Shown piece by piece: positions 42,924 to 52,814 of a stretch of DNA of 64,000 nt (position 1 is its first letter; each line of letters begins with the position of its first letter). The DNA lies in assembly GCA_963700285.1 (NCBI GenBank), contig CAVOXA010000006.1, positions 142,253 to 206,252 of the forward strand, written 5' to 3'. The notes under the pieces are model-generated. The model had not been told where the DNA came from and made no database searches. It saw nothing but the letters and a program-made list of their open reading frames with translations. Both the position numbers and the translations under genes were made by a program. This stretch comes from an uncultured Chloroflexia bacterium (GTDB taxonomy: Bacteria > Chloroflexota > Anaerolineae > JAAYZQ01).

Positions 42924-44717
42924 TTATTCTGCGATCTCCCAGTCCGCGATGTTCCAGGTGATCATATCATTGGCATTGTCGACAATGCCCTTGATCCGCG
43001 GGTTATAGCCCGCAGCTTCGATGGAGACAAACAGCGGGATATTGGACAGGTCTTTATCCAGGATCTCGGCGATCTGGCAAAAGACCTCTTTCCGGTACTC
43101 TTCGTCCAGCGTATAGGTCTCGTCCAGCAAGGCATCAAAGTCCTCGTTCGACCAGCGGGTTACGTTCCAGCCCATGTCTGGTTCCATGGCGTCGGTGTGG
43201 TAGTAGACCCACAGGAAATCGGTGAGCTGGTTGCCGGCGTAGCCGTCGTCCCACAGGTCAAGGTCAAAGTTACCGTTCTGCTCGATACCCCCGTCGTCGT
43301 AGGTGCCCCATAGCTGGCTGCCCTCGACCATGCCCAGCTCGGTGCCCATGCCGAGATCATTCAGATCCTCGGCGATGAGCTGGTGGGCCAGCTCCAGCGT
43401 CTCACCCCATTCCGAGTAGACCAGGAACTCGGTCACCATCTCATAGCCCTCGGGCGCGCCGGTGGTGCAGCCGTGGCACTCACGAATGCCGTCCCCGTCG
43501 GTGTCGGTCCAGCCGGCCTCCTCCAGCAGCGCCTTGGCGCCTTCGAGGTCGTATTCCGGCTTGGGGACGTCGCACGTATAGGGCTCGCGGTAGAACTCGG
43601 TCCACTGCACGGTCATCATACCTGTGTCGCCCCAGACCCCCGCCAGGATCTCGTCGGCGTTGACGGCCATGCGCATGGCCTGGCGGACGCGCAGGTCACT
43701 AAAGATGGGGTGCGGATCGGCCTCCGCATCGATAGAGCCCCTGGCCGCCAGGTTGGGCCACATACGCACCAGCCAGCGGCCAAACTCGGCCCTACTGACC
43801 TCCACGGCATCCGTCTCGTTGTAGGCGTTCATAACGGTCTCTATGATCCAGAAATCCACGTCGCCATCGCCGCCCAACATCATCTCCTGGCGGACCGTCG
43901 CCTCGGGTACAATCTGGACAAAGACCTTGTCGATGCTGGGTTTGCCTTCTTCATAGTAGTTGGGATTGCGGACAAAGGTCAGGTGATCGCCAGAGTCCCA
44001 CTCTTCGAGAAGGTAGGGACCACTGCTCAGCGGATCCCGGTTGCAGTCCCACGAGCCGATGCCCCCATCCCCGGTGCAATAGTGCTCGGGCCAGATGGCG
44101 CCATAGAATCCGCCGAGCTGCTCCAGGTAATCGGGGTAAACGCCGTTATAGTGGACCACAAAGGTATAGTCGTCTATCTTTTCAATACTGTCCGTATAGT
44201 CCATACCCGGCACCCACATGCCGGTCTCGGGATCGGCGAGGGCGTCCCAGGTAAAGATCACGTCGTCGGCCGTAACCGGCTCGCCATCCGACCAAAAGAC
44301 GTCGTCCCGCATCGTCCAGGTGACGTCCATAGTCCACGCATCCTCGTCGATGACCACACCACCGTTTTCGATGGTGGGCAGCTCTGCGGCCAACTCGGGA
44401 AAGATCTCGCTGTTCGGGCCGATGTCAGCCATGGCCAGCAGGGTCATCTCGGCCACGAGGTTCTCGTAGCCGGTATCGGTCAAAAAGTGGTTAAAGCTGG
44501 GCGGATCCTCCATGGAGAGGATGACGACGCTCGTTTCCTCAGCTTCAGACTCCTCAGGCTCGGGCGCCATGGTCGGTTCAGCCTCAGCCGCCATGGTCGG
44601 CTCGGCCTGGGCAGGCGGCGCCGGCTCCTGGGTGGCCCCACAACTCAGCAAGCCGGCCACAAGGACCGCGCACACCAATGCCAGCGCCAACAGCTTGATC
44701 GTTCGCTTTTCCATCAT
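42924..44717 (-). CDS. Opp/Dpp ABC substrate-binding lipoprotein (SBP family 5)
   Basis: Lipobox LLSC, WSDGEPVTADDV, SSGPY, RNPNYY, VRQAM. Confidence 0.92.
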   Translation of the reverse strand: MMEKRTIKLLALALVCAVLVAGLLSCGATQEPAPPAQAEPTMAAEAEPTMAPEPEESEAEETSVVILSMEDPPSFNHFLTDTGYENLVAEMTLLAMADIGPNSEIFPELAAELPTIENGGVVIDEDAWTMDVTWTMRDDVFWSDGEPVTADDVIFTWDALADPETGMWVPGMDYTDSIEKIDDYTFVVHYNGVYPDYLEQLGGFYGAIWPEHYCTGDGGIGSWDCNRDPLSSGPYLLEEWDSGDHLTFVRNPNYYEEGKPSIDKVFVQIVPEATVRQEMMLGGDGDVDFWIIETVMNAYNETDAVEVSRAEFGRWLVRMWPNLAARGSIDAEADPHPIFSDLRVRQAMRMAVNADEILAGVWGDTGMMTVQWTEFYREPYTCDVPKPEYDLEGAKALLEEAGWTDTDGDGIRECHGCTTGAPEGYEMVTEFLVYSEWGETLELAHQLIAEDLNDLGMGTELGMVEGSQLWGTYDDGGIEQNGNFDLDLWDDGYAGNQLTDFLWVYYHTDAMEPDMGWNVTRWSNEDFDALLDETYTLDEEYRKEVFCQIAEILDKDLSNIPLFVSIEAAGYNPRIKGIVDNANDMITWNIADWEIAE

Positions 44718-44836
44718 TCTCTTCCTCCCTTTCTTCGGTGAGACAAATTTCGCCTTCCTTCAACGTTCGCCCGCATGGAAACCGTGTGGAGAGCCGTCTT
44801 GACAGGCTTCTGACCACCCCCTTTCAGCTCGCTCGG

Positions 44837-45481
44837 CTAAAGGCTGGCCAACCTCTTGGCCTCGGCCACCGCTGAGATGGCGTCCTCCGCATAACCATCG
44901 GCCCCAATCTGTTCGGCCCAGGTTTCGGTCACCGGTGCGCCGCCGATCAAAACCTTGACCTGGTCGCGCAGGCCAGCTTCTTCCAGCGCATCGATGATCT
45001 TTTGCTGCTGCAGCATGGTCGTCGTCAGCAGCGCCGAAGCGCCGATCAGGGTCGCGCCCGCCTCTCTTACCGCGTCGATGAACTCGGCCGCCGTCTTGTC
45101 CACGCCGATATCGGTGACCTGAAACCCGTTGGCCGTGAGCATGGTGCCCACCAACGTCTTGCCGATCTCGTGCAGGTCGCCCTCCACCGTGCCCAGCACC
45201 ACCCGGCCCAGGATCTCGCGCTCCTGGCCAGCGGCCAGGGCCGGCTCCAGGATGGTCAGCGCCGCCTTCATGGCATCACCGCCCATGATCAGGTCGGGCA
45301 AAAAGTACTCGCCCGTGGCGAAAAGCTCGCCCACGCGGTCAATGCCCGGGCTGAGCCCCTCGTTGATGCAGGCCAGGGGATCGAGGCCCTGCTCCAGCGC
45401 TTCCCTGGCCGCCTCCTCCGCGTCCTCAGGCTCGCCATCGACTACTGCCTGTGCCAACCTGCCATAGATCTCCTCCGACAT
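44837..45481 (-). CDS. Methyltransferase cognate corrinoid protein (MttC/MtbC family)
   Basis: GEYFLPDL, GTVEGDLHEIGK (DxHxxG), SALLTTTM, IGGAPV, IGADGY. Confidence 0.93.
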   Translation of the reverse strand: MSEEIYGRLAQAVVDGEPEDAEEAAREALEQGLDPLACINEGLSPGIDRVGELFATGEYFLPDLIMGGDAMKAALTILEPALAAGQEREILGRVVLGTVEGDLHEIGKTLVGTMLTANGFQVTDIGVDKTAAEFIDAVREAGATLIGASALLTTTMLQQQKIIDALEEAGLRDQVKVLIGGAPVTETWAEQIGADGYAEDAISAVAEAKRLASL

Positions 45482-45683
45482 TGGTGCCTCCTTCAGGTTA
45501 TTCTGGATGTACCGAATTTCGGGGTAAGCCGCGGCCTGTGCGAAAAACGCCAAGCGCCTCGCTGGCGCATTATGCCACAGAACGCACTAGTACGCAACTC
45601 CCCCAATTCTGCCCTGGCGATTGCCACGGCGCAAACAGCGCGCCTCGCAATGACAGAGACCCAAGAGCAGGTCTTCCCCAGGT

Positions 45684-47137
45684 CTATCCAAACTGTACCT
45701 CAGCCGCAGCTATGATGGCCTGCAACTCAGCCCGCTGCGCAGCCTCCAACGGCTCAGGTTCGTGCTCGGCCAGTATCCGGCCAAGCTCCATTCTCGCTCG
45801 CTGCCGGATCTCGGGCAGGCGGCTGCCGTCCAGCGGCGGCCGCGGATGTGAAAGCTCGGGGATCCAGATATCCCGCAGGTGCTGCCGGCTGTGCTCCTGG
45901 GCCAGGTAGTGACCCCTGGGTCCCACGGCTGCGATGACGTCCAGGGCCAGCGCATCTGCCCTCGTGTCCAGACCCTCGGCCAGGATCCGGTTGATGTGGT
46001 AGATCTCGTCGTCATAGATGATCTGCTCTGGGGCCAGCAGTGTTGAAGCCGCGCAGCATGCCGCCGCCGGTAGCGATATCGGCGCCGGCCAGCGGCACCA
46101 TCAGGGCCGTATAGACGTGATCGCGGCCCATGCGCCACGTGTCCGGGTTGGTCGCCGTCCATGCCAAAGGCCCCGGCCAGGATGGGCACACCCCAGTCAT
46201 GGGCGATCTGGACCGCCGCCGCGTTGCACAGGAACTTTTCGGGGATACTGACGATATAGTCGGCGGTACGGGGATCCATCACCGAGCCCAGCAGGGAATA
46301 GAAAACGCTGGCCCCGGGTGCCACCAACTGCATCAGCACCAGAGCGCTGACCACCTCGGCGCTGCCCACGACCAACGCCCCACCGGGCGCGGCCGGCGCG
46401 GTGGCCCCCATGTTGGGCATGGCCATAAAGCCCACGGGAATGCCCGCCTCGGCGTAGACCATGCCGGCCTCGATGCCCTCCGGGTCCTGGCCCAGCGGCG
46501 CGATGGTACAGATCAGCACCGACATGGGCGGATTGGCCCTCATCCTCTCCCGATCTCCGGCGATCACCTCCGCCATGCGGACCGCGTACCGGGCCGGCTC
46601 GCCGCCCATCACCGTCTCTGTCTGCACGTGCTTGACGGTATTGTTAAAGCTGGCGTCCAGCTCGTGCAATGGGGCCAGGCGGCCATAGTCCTGGGCGCTG
46701 ACCATCGGCCAGTAGAAAGAGACGGAGGACAAATAGTCGGCCACCCGCGCCATCATGGCCACGTCCTCCTTGCACGACCGCCGCTCCTCGTCCCGTGTCT
46801 GAAATCGAGGGTCCGCGTCCCGCAGCCATCGGTGCCAAAGTAGGTGGCCGTCCCGTCGAGCAGCAGGCCGGTCCCAGCCGATCTGCCCGGCGAGGGTGTA
46901 GGTGCGCGGGGCGTGGCTCATGGCCTCGACGACCAGGTCCGGCGTCAAGCGCACAACCTCGGTCTCCCAGTCCACCCGGGCGCCGTGCTCGGCAAAGACG
47001 CTCAGTGCACGCTGCGATGGAAAGTGTACGCCCACGTGCTCCAGCACGTGCAGCGTGGCGGCCTTGATCTCGCTCACCTGCCCCGCGCTCAATACCTCAC
47101 AACGGCGGTTGGGCCGGATGGGCTTGATGTCTGGCAT
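45684..47137 (-). CDS. MttB-superfamily methyltransferase 7, non-Pyl (frameshifted)
   Basis: HVLEHVGV, FYWPMVSAQD, KHVQTETVMG, CTIAPL, MGATAP, VGPRGHYL. Confidence 0.85.
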
Positions 47138-47202
47138 ATTCTTCCTCCCCTCATCCAGACGTCCGAAGTTTCGGAAAACTTTGGAAGTCAACCCCAGTGT
47201 GT

Positions 47203-48646
47203 CTAGAGCGGCTCAAAGTGGAACTCGGGTCCCAGGTAGCGGCGCACGATGCGCTCCAGCTCGGCCTCGACGCCAGCAGGCAGCGGCGGCGGGCTGTGCT
47301 GGGCCAGCAGGTCCTGGGCCCGTTCGCCGGCAGACATCCTCGATGGTCTCACCTCTGGCCAGCCAGGCGTCATAGGCTTCGCGGTTGAGGATATCTGGCA
47401 GCCAGTGCTGGCGAAAGGTGCGGCGCGTGTGTTTGGTCCGAAGAAAGTCACCGCGTGGCGTGTTGGCCTTGATCAGCGCCACCTCCTCATCCACGTCCGT
47501 GCAGCGGTGATGCCCTCCATCATGCGCCGCAGCCCGGCGATAAACTCATTGTCCAGTACCATCTGCGTGTACGAGATGGACGCCCCGGCGTCGGTCGTGC
47601 CCACGCCATAGATGATGTCCGCACCCTCCAGCAGCAGGGGCACGGCCGTGACCGCCTTCTCAAAACCAGCCTGGGCGTCCAGCTCCTTGGCGTCGGAGGA
47701 GAGCCCGCCGCACATGGATGGCATGCCATAATAGCGCCCCATCAGCGCCGCACCGGCGTTGATCATGCCTCGTCTCCGGCGCGCCGAGCGGCAGCATCCC
47801 GGTGCGCATGTCCAGTACCGCCGAAACGCTGCCATAGAGCAGGGGCAGCCCCGGATACAGGATCTGGAGGACGACGATCCAGGCCAGGATGTCGGCGTTG
47901 ATGACGACCAGCTCGCCCAGGAGCGTGGCCGGGGCCGAGGCGCCGCCCATGGCCATGCTCAGCAGGGTGATGGGCACGCCGTGGGCCGGCCCAGCGCATC
48001 ATGCAGCGCACGTTCTCTGGGGTAAAGTAGCCAGGGCTGATGGGGCAGTAGAGCGGTGGCAAAGTTGGGACGGGCACGAAAGGCGTCCTCGCCACCGGCC
48101 ACGGCGGCCAGCATCTCAAAGGCAGCGTCCACCCGGTCGGGCGACAGGGTGCGGTGGACCACCGGCTTGCCGGTGCCGCGCAGCAGTTCTGCGATCTCGA
48201 CCAGGTCGGAGCATTCCCCCTGGTCGGTGGCGGTGACGGTCGGCCGGACAATGTCCACCTGGGGCAACGCATCCTGCAGGCGTCACCAGGTCGCGGACGT
48301 CCTGCCGGGTGGCCGGCCGCCGCCGGCCCGTCTCCAGATCAAGGACGTTGACCGGGGTCCCGGCGCCCATAAAGCTGGGCCTCTCATAGAAGGTCGCCGG
48401 TGTACCGCCTGCCCGGTCATACAGGCGCATGCGGCGCGGGAGGGTTCGCAGCGCTTCCCACACCAGTTCCGGGCTGGCGCGCACCATCTGCGCGTCCCAA
48501 TCGACCTGGAAACCCGCTGCCTCCAGGCGGGCCAGGGCCTCGGCCTCGGGCACGCAAAAGCCCACTTCAGCCAAGATCTCCACAGTCTTGACGTGGATCC
48601 GTTCTGCAACTGATTCAGAAAGATAGCGTCCGGGCATCGTTTCCAT
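47203..48646 (-). CDS. MttB-superfamily methyltransferase 8, non-Pyl (frameshifted)
   Basis: EILAEVG, CPISP, MGGASAPATLLG, GAPET, GMPSMCGGLSSDAKELDAQAGFEK. Confidence 0.85.
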
Positions 48647-48711
48647 CCTTGATGGTCCAGTCCTTGCCGGCTCCTGCACGGACCTTCGACCCCAGGCCTT
48701 CAGTTCAGAAC

Positions 48712-49237
48712 CTATCGGGCTCGCCCTGCACTCGCTGGCACAGCCTCTGCCGTCACAGGCTCAAGGGGCGCTGGCCTGGGCGCTTCCGCCTCGCCCCAGC
48801 GGTACGACAGCTTGTACATCTTTAGGATCATAAAGGTCTCGGTCCGCTCCACGCCGGGGACCCGCTGCAATCTGTCGCTGAGAAAGGTAACAAAATGATC
48901 CCTGTCGCGGCAATAGACCTCGACAAACAGGTCAAAACCGCCGGAGGCCATGAACAGGTAGGTGACTTCGGGGAACTGGGCAATGGCATCAGCCGCGGCC
49001 TGCAACCTGCCCGGCCTGGACCGTGACCCCGATCATGCCCGCCGAATTCCATTCCAGAAGCTGGGGCTCCACCACACCGACGATCTGGAGCACTCCCGCG
49101 TCGGTCATACGCTTGACGCGGCGGCGTACCGCGCCTTCCGTGAGGCCCAACTCGGCCGCGATCTCGGTATAGGGCATCCGCCCATCGTACTGCAGGTGGC
49201 CGACAATGGCCCGGTCGGTGTCATCCAGTTGCTTCAT
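48712..49237 (-). CDS. Lrp/AsnC-family transcriptional regulator (frameshift at ~49000)
   Basis: MKQLDDTDRAIVGHLQYDGRMPYTEIAAELGLTEGAVRRRV HTH, then SGGFDLF...VPGVERTET RAM domain. Confidence 0.9.
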
Positions 49238-49274
49238 CCGTACCCGCCTCCAGTCTTGCCTGGGGCACAGCCAA

Positions 49275-49367
49275 TTCGGAAACATGACGCGTTCAGGAAC
49301 AAAGCGTGTTCAGGAACATGGCGTGTTAGGAACACTGGCGTTGACAATCCTGACATGTCCAAGAACA
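49275..49367. repeat. Short direct-repeat array in the leader of the Lrp/MttB cluster
   Basis: gcgttcaggaaca (49289), gcgtgttcaggaaca (49304), gcgtgttaggaaca (49321) plus degenerate flanking copies; ~16-17 nt period. Confidence 0.6.
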
Positions 49368-49390
49368 CCGCGTGGTGTAGATTGCACGGC

Positions 49391-49419
49391 ATTATATACG
49401 AATTTCGTAGGAATGTCAA
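49391..49419 (-). promoter_or_regulatory. Consensus sigma70 promoter at the head of the 29-gene cluster, with a palindrome in the spacer
   Basis: Minus strand TTGACA-17-TATAAT; spacer contains the TACGAA-N-TTCGTA inverted repeat (49397-49409). Confidence 0.8.
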
Positions 49420-49539
49420 GTTTTAGATCCGAAAATCGCATAGTGGCCGTGGGGTTTTCAGAGCACAGAAAAGACCTGGCAGGGTGGATGCCGCACATCC
49501 TTCGGACACCCTGTCAGGTCTGGCCAGTAGTTGGAGTTG

Positions 49540-49956
49540 TCAGCGTCGGGCAAGGTACCTTTTCGTCTCGACGGCGGCCATCGCCCCCACGCCGGCCATG
49601 ACGCAAAAGATTATGAATCTAGGGAAGGACTGCTGAAAAGCATAGAGGAAGGCGAAATCTAAACCGAGGCTCAGGATCTCGGGTGCGGCGGACAGCAAAA
49701 CGCCGCTAACAATCATCATCGCGACCAGGGCGGCCAGCCCGACGGCATAGAGAATCCACTTGAGCCCATCCAGGATCACTGCCAGGGCAAAGCCGCACAG
49801 CAGGGCCGCCACGTAGGACCAGGTCGGGCTCAACGGTAGGGGGGCATATTCAAAGAGCAGCCTATCGGCGGCAATCGCAAAGCCAGCCAGGATGATGCCA
49901 CAAAATAGGGCATTGGCGGTCGCAATCAGACCCTCGCGAGCTAGGAACCGTTCCAC
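49540..49956 (-). CDS. Hypothetical 4-TM membrane protein
   Basis: Hydrophobic ORF ERFLAREGLIATANALFCGII...; GTG start overlaps the upstream gene's stop. Confidence 0.55.
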   Translation of the reverse strand: MERFLAREGLIATANALFCGIILAGFAIAADRLLFEYAPLPLSPTWSYVAALLCGFALAVILDGLKWILYAVGLAALVAMMIVSGVLLSAAPEILSLGLDFAFLYAFQQSFPRFIIFCVMAGVGAMAAVETKRYLARR

Positions 49957-50170
49957 CGACTTGACAGATCCAACCAAATCGCTTTCTCCTTGAAAGGCAG
50001 CAGGATCTTGTACCTGCCCTTTATGGACCAAGCGTATTCATCGTTCTCCGCGGCCTGGTCCAGGAATTGCCGGTAAAACGGATCGATGGGGATGACAAAA
50101 CCCAGGATTTGTTCCTGGTGGCCAGCCACGGTCCTGAGGGGAAAGGGCTCATAGTTGCTGCCCATGAACT
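49941..50170 (-). CDS. 3' fragment of a hypothetical protein, truncated at the ~50170 junction
   Basis: QFMGSNYEPFPLRTVAGHQEQILGFVIPIDPFYRQF...WLDLSSRWNGS*; upstream of ~50170 the frame is antisense to an SBP gene. Confidence 0.4.
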
Positions 50171-50174
50171 GCGG

Positions 50175-51736
50175 CAAGCCGGGCGGGGACGTGGTCTGGG
50201 GATCTGCGATCACCGAAACCTCGACTGCTGCAACTCGACCCCGATATCCACGCGTCCTATACCACCGGCATTCTGTCAGATCATGCTCACCGACCCCTTG
50301 ATCTGGCAGTACGAGGCCAACGACTTTCGTCCGGGCCTGGCCAAGAGCTGGGAGATCTCGGACAACTGGGACGAATTCACGCTCCATCTGCGCGATGACG
50401 TCGTGTATCACGACGGCACGCCCATGAACGCCGAAACGATCAAGGCCAACCTGGATCGGATCGTCGACCCCGACGCCGCGTCGCTGCAGGCGGCTGCCCT
50501 GGCCAACTATGACCATGCCGAGGTGATAGACGACTACACGGTCAAGATCGTTCTTACCAAGAAAGACGCCGCTCTTCATGGACACGCTGTCCAACATGCG
50601 GCCCACTTCGCCAACCGCCTGGGAGGAATACGGCGACCAGGCCGGCATCAATGTCAAGGCCACCGGGCCGTTCCGCATCCGCGAGTGGCCTGGACGCGGG
50701 GACGGTGGTGTTTGAACGCAACCCGGACTACAACTGGGCGCCGGAGTTTGCCAACCATCAGGGACCGGCCTACCTCGACACCCTCACCTTCAAGTCGATC
50801 ATGGATGCAAGGCACGCGCCTCATCGCGCTGGAGACGGGCGAGATCCAGATCATGGACGAGCTGCCGCATGGAAGAGTACCAGCGCCTGATCGCCGATCC
50901 GGCATTCGTCGTCAAGGCTCACCCGGTCGGCGGTCTGCCGCAGGTGCTGAACATCAACATGGCGCGTGCCGCCCACCAATCAGACAGGTCGTGCGCGAGG
51001 CATGATCATGGCCGTGGACACGCAGACCATGATCGATCTGCTCTTCTTTGGCTCCTTTCCACGGGCATACGGCGGGACCCTTTGGTGAGCGGCTCCTGGG
51101 CCTACTGGGAGGGCGTGGAGGACTACTGACAACTACGATCCCGAGGCGGCCAAGCAGACTCCTGGAAGACGCGGCTGGCGAGACGAAGACGGCGACGGCA
51201 TCCGCGAGGCCCACGGCATCGAGGGCATCGAGGACGGCACGCCGCTGCGGATCCGCCACGTCACATCCACCGGCTACTGCAGCGTAAAACCGGCCGAGTT
51301 TGTTCAGGCTGCGTTAAAAGAGATCGGCATCGACGACGAGGTGAAGGCGATGGCCTACGAGTCATCGGCCAAAGGTCTACGCCGACAACGACTATGAGAT
51401 GGCCCGCCTGGGCTGGAGCGCGTTCGATCCCGGTTCCGGCAGCGCGCCTCTTCCACACCGATTCGATCACGACGGGTGGCCTCTTCAACCGCTGGAAACT
51501 CTCCGATCCCGAAATCGACGCCCTCATCGAAGCGGGGGACGAAGAGGTAGATCCGGAGAAACGGAAAGAGATCTACCAAGAGTTCCAGCAAGAAGATCGT
51601 CGAGCTGGCGCCGCACATCCCCATCTACGACCAGTTGCGCTACAGGGTGTTCAAGCCCTACACTGAAGGGCTACCACGTGCTCTCACGTGGGTGCGACGC
51701 CGTTGATGCATGAAGTCTGGCTGGAAAAGAGAATAG
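50175..51736 (+). CDS. Opp/Dpp ABC substrate-binding protein (5'-truncated, heavily frameshifted)
   Basis: KPGGDVVWG, PGLAKSWEISD, LRDDVVYHDGTPMNA, TGPF, RNPDYNW, YDPEAAK, EIDALIE; no signal peptide. Confidence 0.75.
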
Positions 51737-51750
51737 CAGTGCCTGGAACT

Positions 51751-51781
51751 CATTGGGTGGGGGTGCGTCCCCCACCCAATG
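51751..51781 (+). terminator. Intergenic hairpin after the SBP gene
   Basis: 13-bp stem cattgggtggggg / cccccacccaatg. Confidence 0.55.
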
Positions 51782-51815
51782 GGCTCGGCTATCAAGGCAA
51801 TCAGTGAGGTGCGAG

Positions 51816-52790
51816 ATGACGAGATACATTCTGCGCCGGGGGATTCTGGCCGTCCCGACGCTCTTTGGGGTCAGCCTGGCGGTCTTCCTGATGCTCCACT
51901 TTCTGCCCGGGGATCCGGTTTTGATGATGCTCACCGAGCATGCTGGACAGCAGGCGCCCACTTCGAACACGGACATCACCCCGGAACAGTACGACAACAT
52001 GCGGCACGCGCTGGGTCTCGATCGGCCCCTGTACGTCCAGTACGGCAGCTTTGTCTGGAGGGCACTGCAGGGCGACCTCGGCAAATCGTTTCGCACCCAG
52101 GCGCCGTCACCGACATGATCCTGGCAGAACCTGCCCTACACCATTCGTGCTGGCCGTGTTCGGCCTGGGCCGTGTCGATGGTGCTCGGCCTCGTACTGGG
52201 CATCATTGCCGCAGTAAACCAGGGCGGCTGGATCGACAGCGCGACCATGACGCTGGCTGTGGCCAGCATTTCGATGCCCAATTTCTGGTTCGGCATCATG
52301 CTCCTGCTCGTCTTCTCCCTGCAACTGAGGCTTCTGCCGGCGGTCGGGCCGCCCATGTCAGCTCAAGTCGCTGATCCTGCCGGCTGTTGCGCTGGGATTC
52401 CGCTCCTCGGCAACCATCGCCCGGCTGGTGCGCTCCAGCCTGGTCGAGACGATCCACGAGGACTACGTGCGGACTGCCCGCGCCAAGGGGCTGGGCGAGC
52501 GAACGGTGATCACGCGCCACGCGCTGAGGAACGCGCTGATCCCCACGGTGACCATCGTCGGTCTGCAGTTTGGCAGCATGCTGGCCGGCGCGGTCGTCAT
52601 CGAGACAGTTTTCGCCCGGCCAGGCATCGGCAAGCTGGCTGTGTCGGCCGTCGTGCGAGAAGGACTTTCCGTTGATCCAGGGGGTTATGCTGTTTACCGC
52701 GATCATCTATGTGGTCGCGAATTTCCTGGTGGATCATGTCCTACGCCTGGCTCGATCCGCGCATCCGCTACGCATCGGGCAAAGCGCTAG
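51816..52790 (+). CDS. Opp/Dpp ABC permease, OppB/DppB-type (frameshifted)
   Basis: MTRYILRR, LPGDP, GDLGKSF, EDYVRTARAKG, IETVFARPGIG, LDPRIRY. Confidence 0.85.
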
Positions 52791-52814
52791 GCAGTGAAAG
52801 GAACAGATTGGCCG

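Larger units (their letters stand above)
17580..47189. repeat. Dispersed REP-like palindrome family (AGACYTCSGARG...CYTYSGARGTC), about 10 intergenic copies
   Basis: Copies at ~17580-17675, 20436-20469, 21370-21418, 25186-25233, 32330-32361, 33287-33315, 35961-35994, 38972-39016, 42851-42901 and 47157-47189; the coordinates span the copies, not one element. Confidence 0.75.

Noticed and set aside
13859-44741. Long plus-strand ORFs (e.g. 13859-15271, 28225-30048, 32960-34486, 43383-44741)
   Set aside because: Antisense shadows of well-supported minus-strand genes in GC-rich DNA, with no motifs of their own.
26889-48646. Pyrrolysine (amber) recoding in the mttB genes
   Set aside because: No in-frame TAG at the Pyl-equivalent loop in any copy; four copies are uninterrupted ORFs and the breaks in the others are indels.
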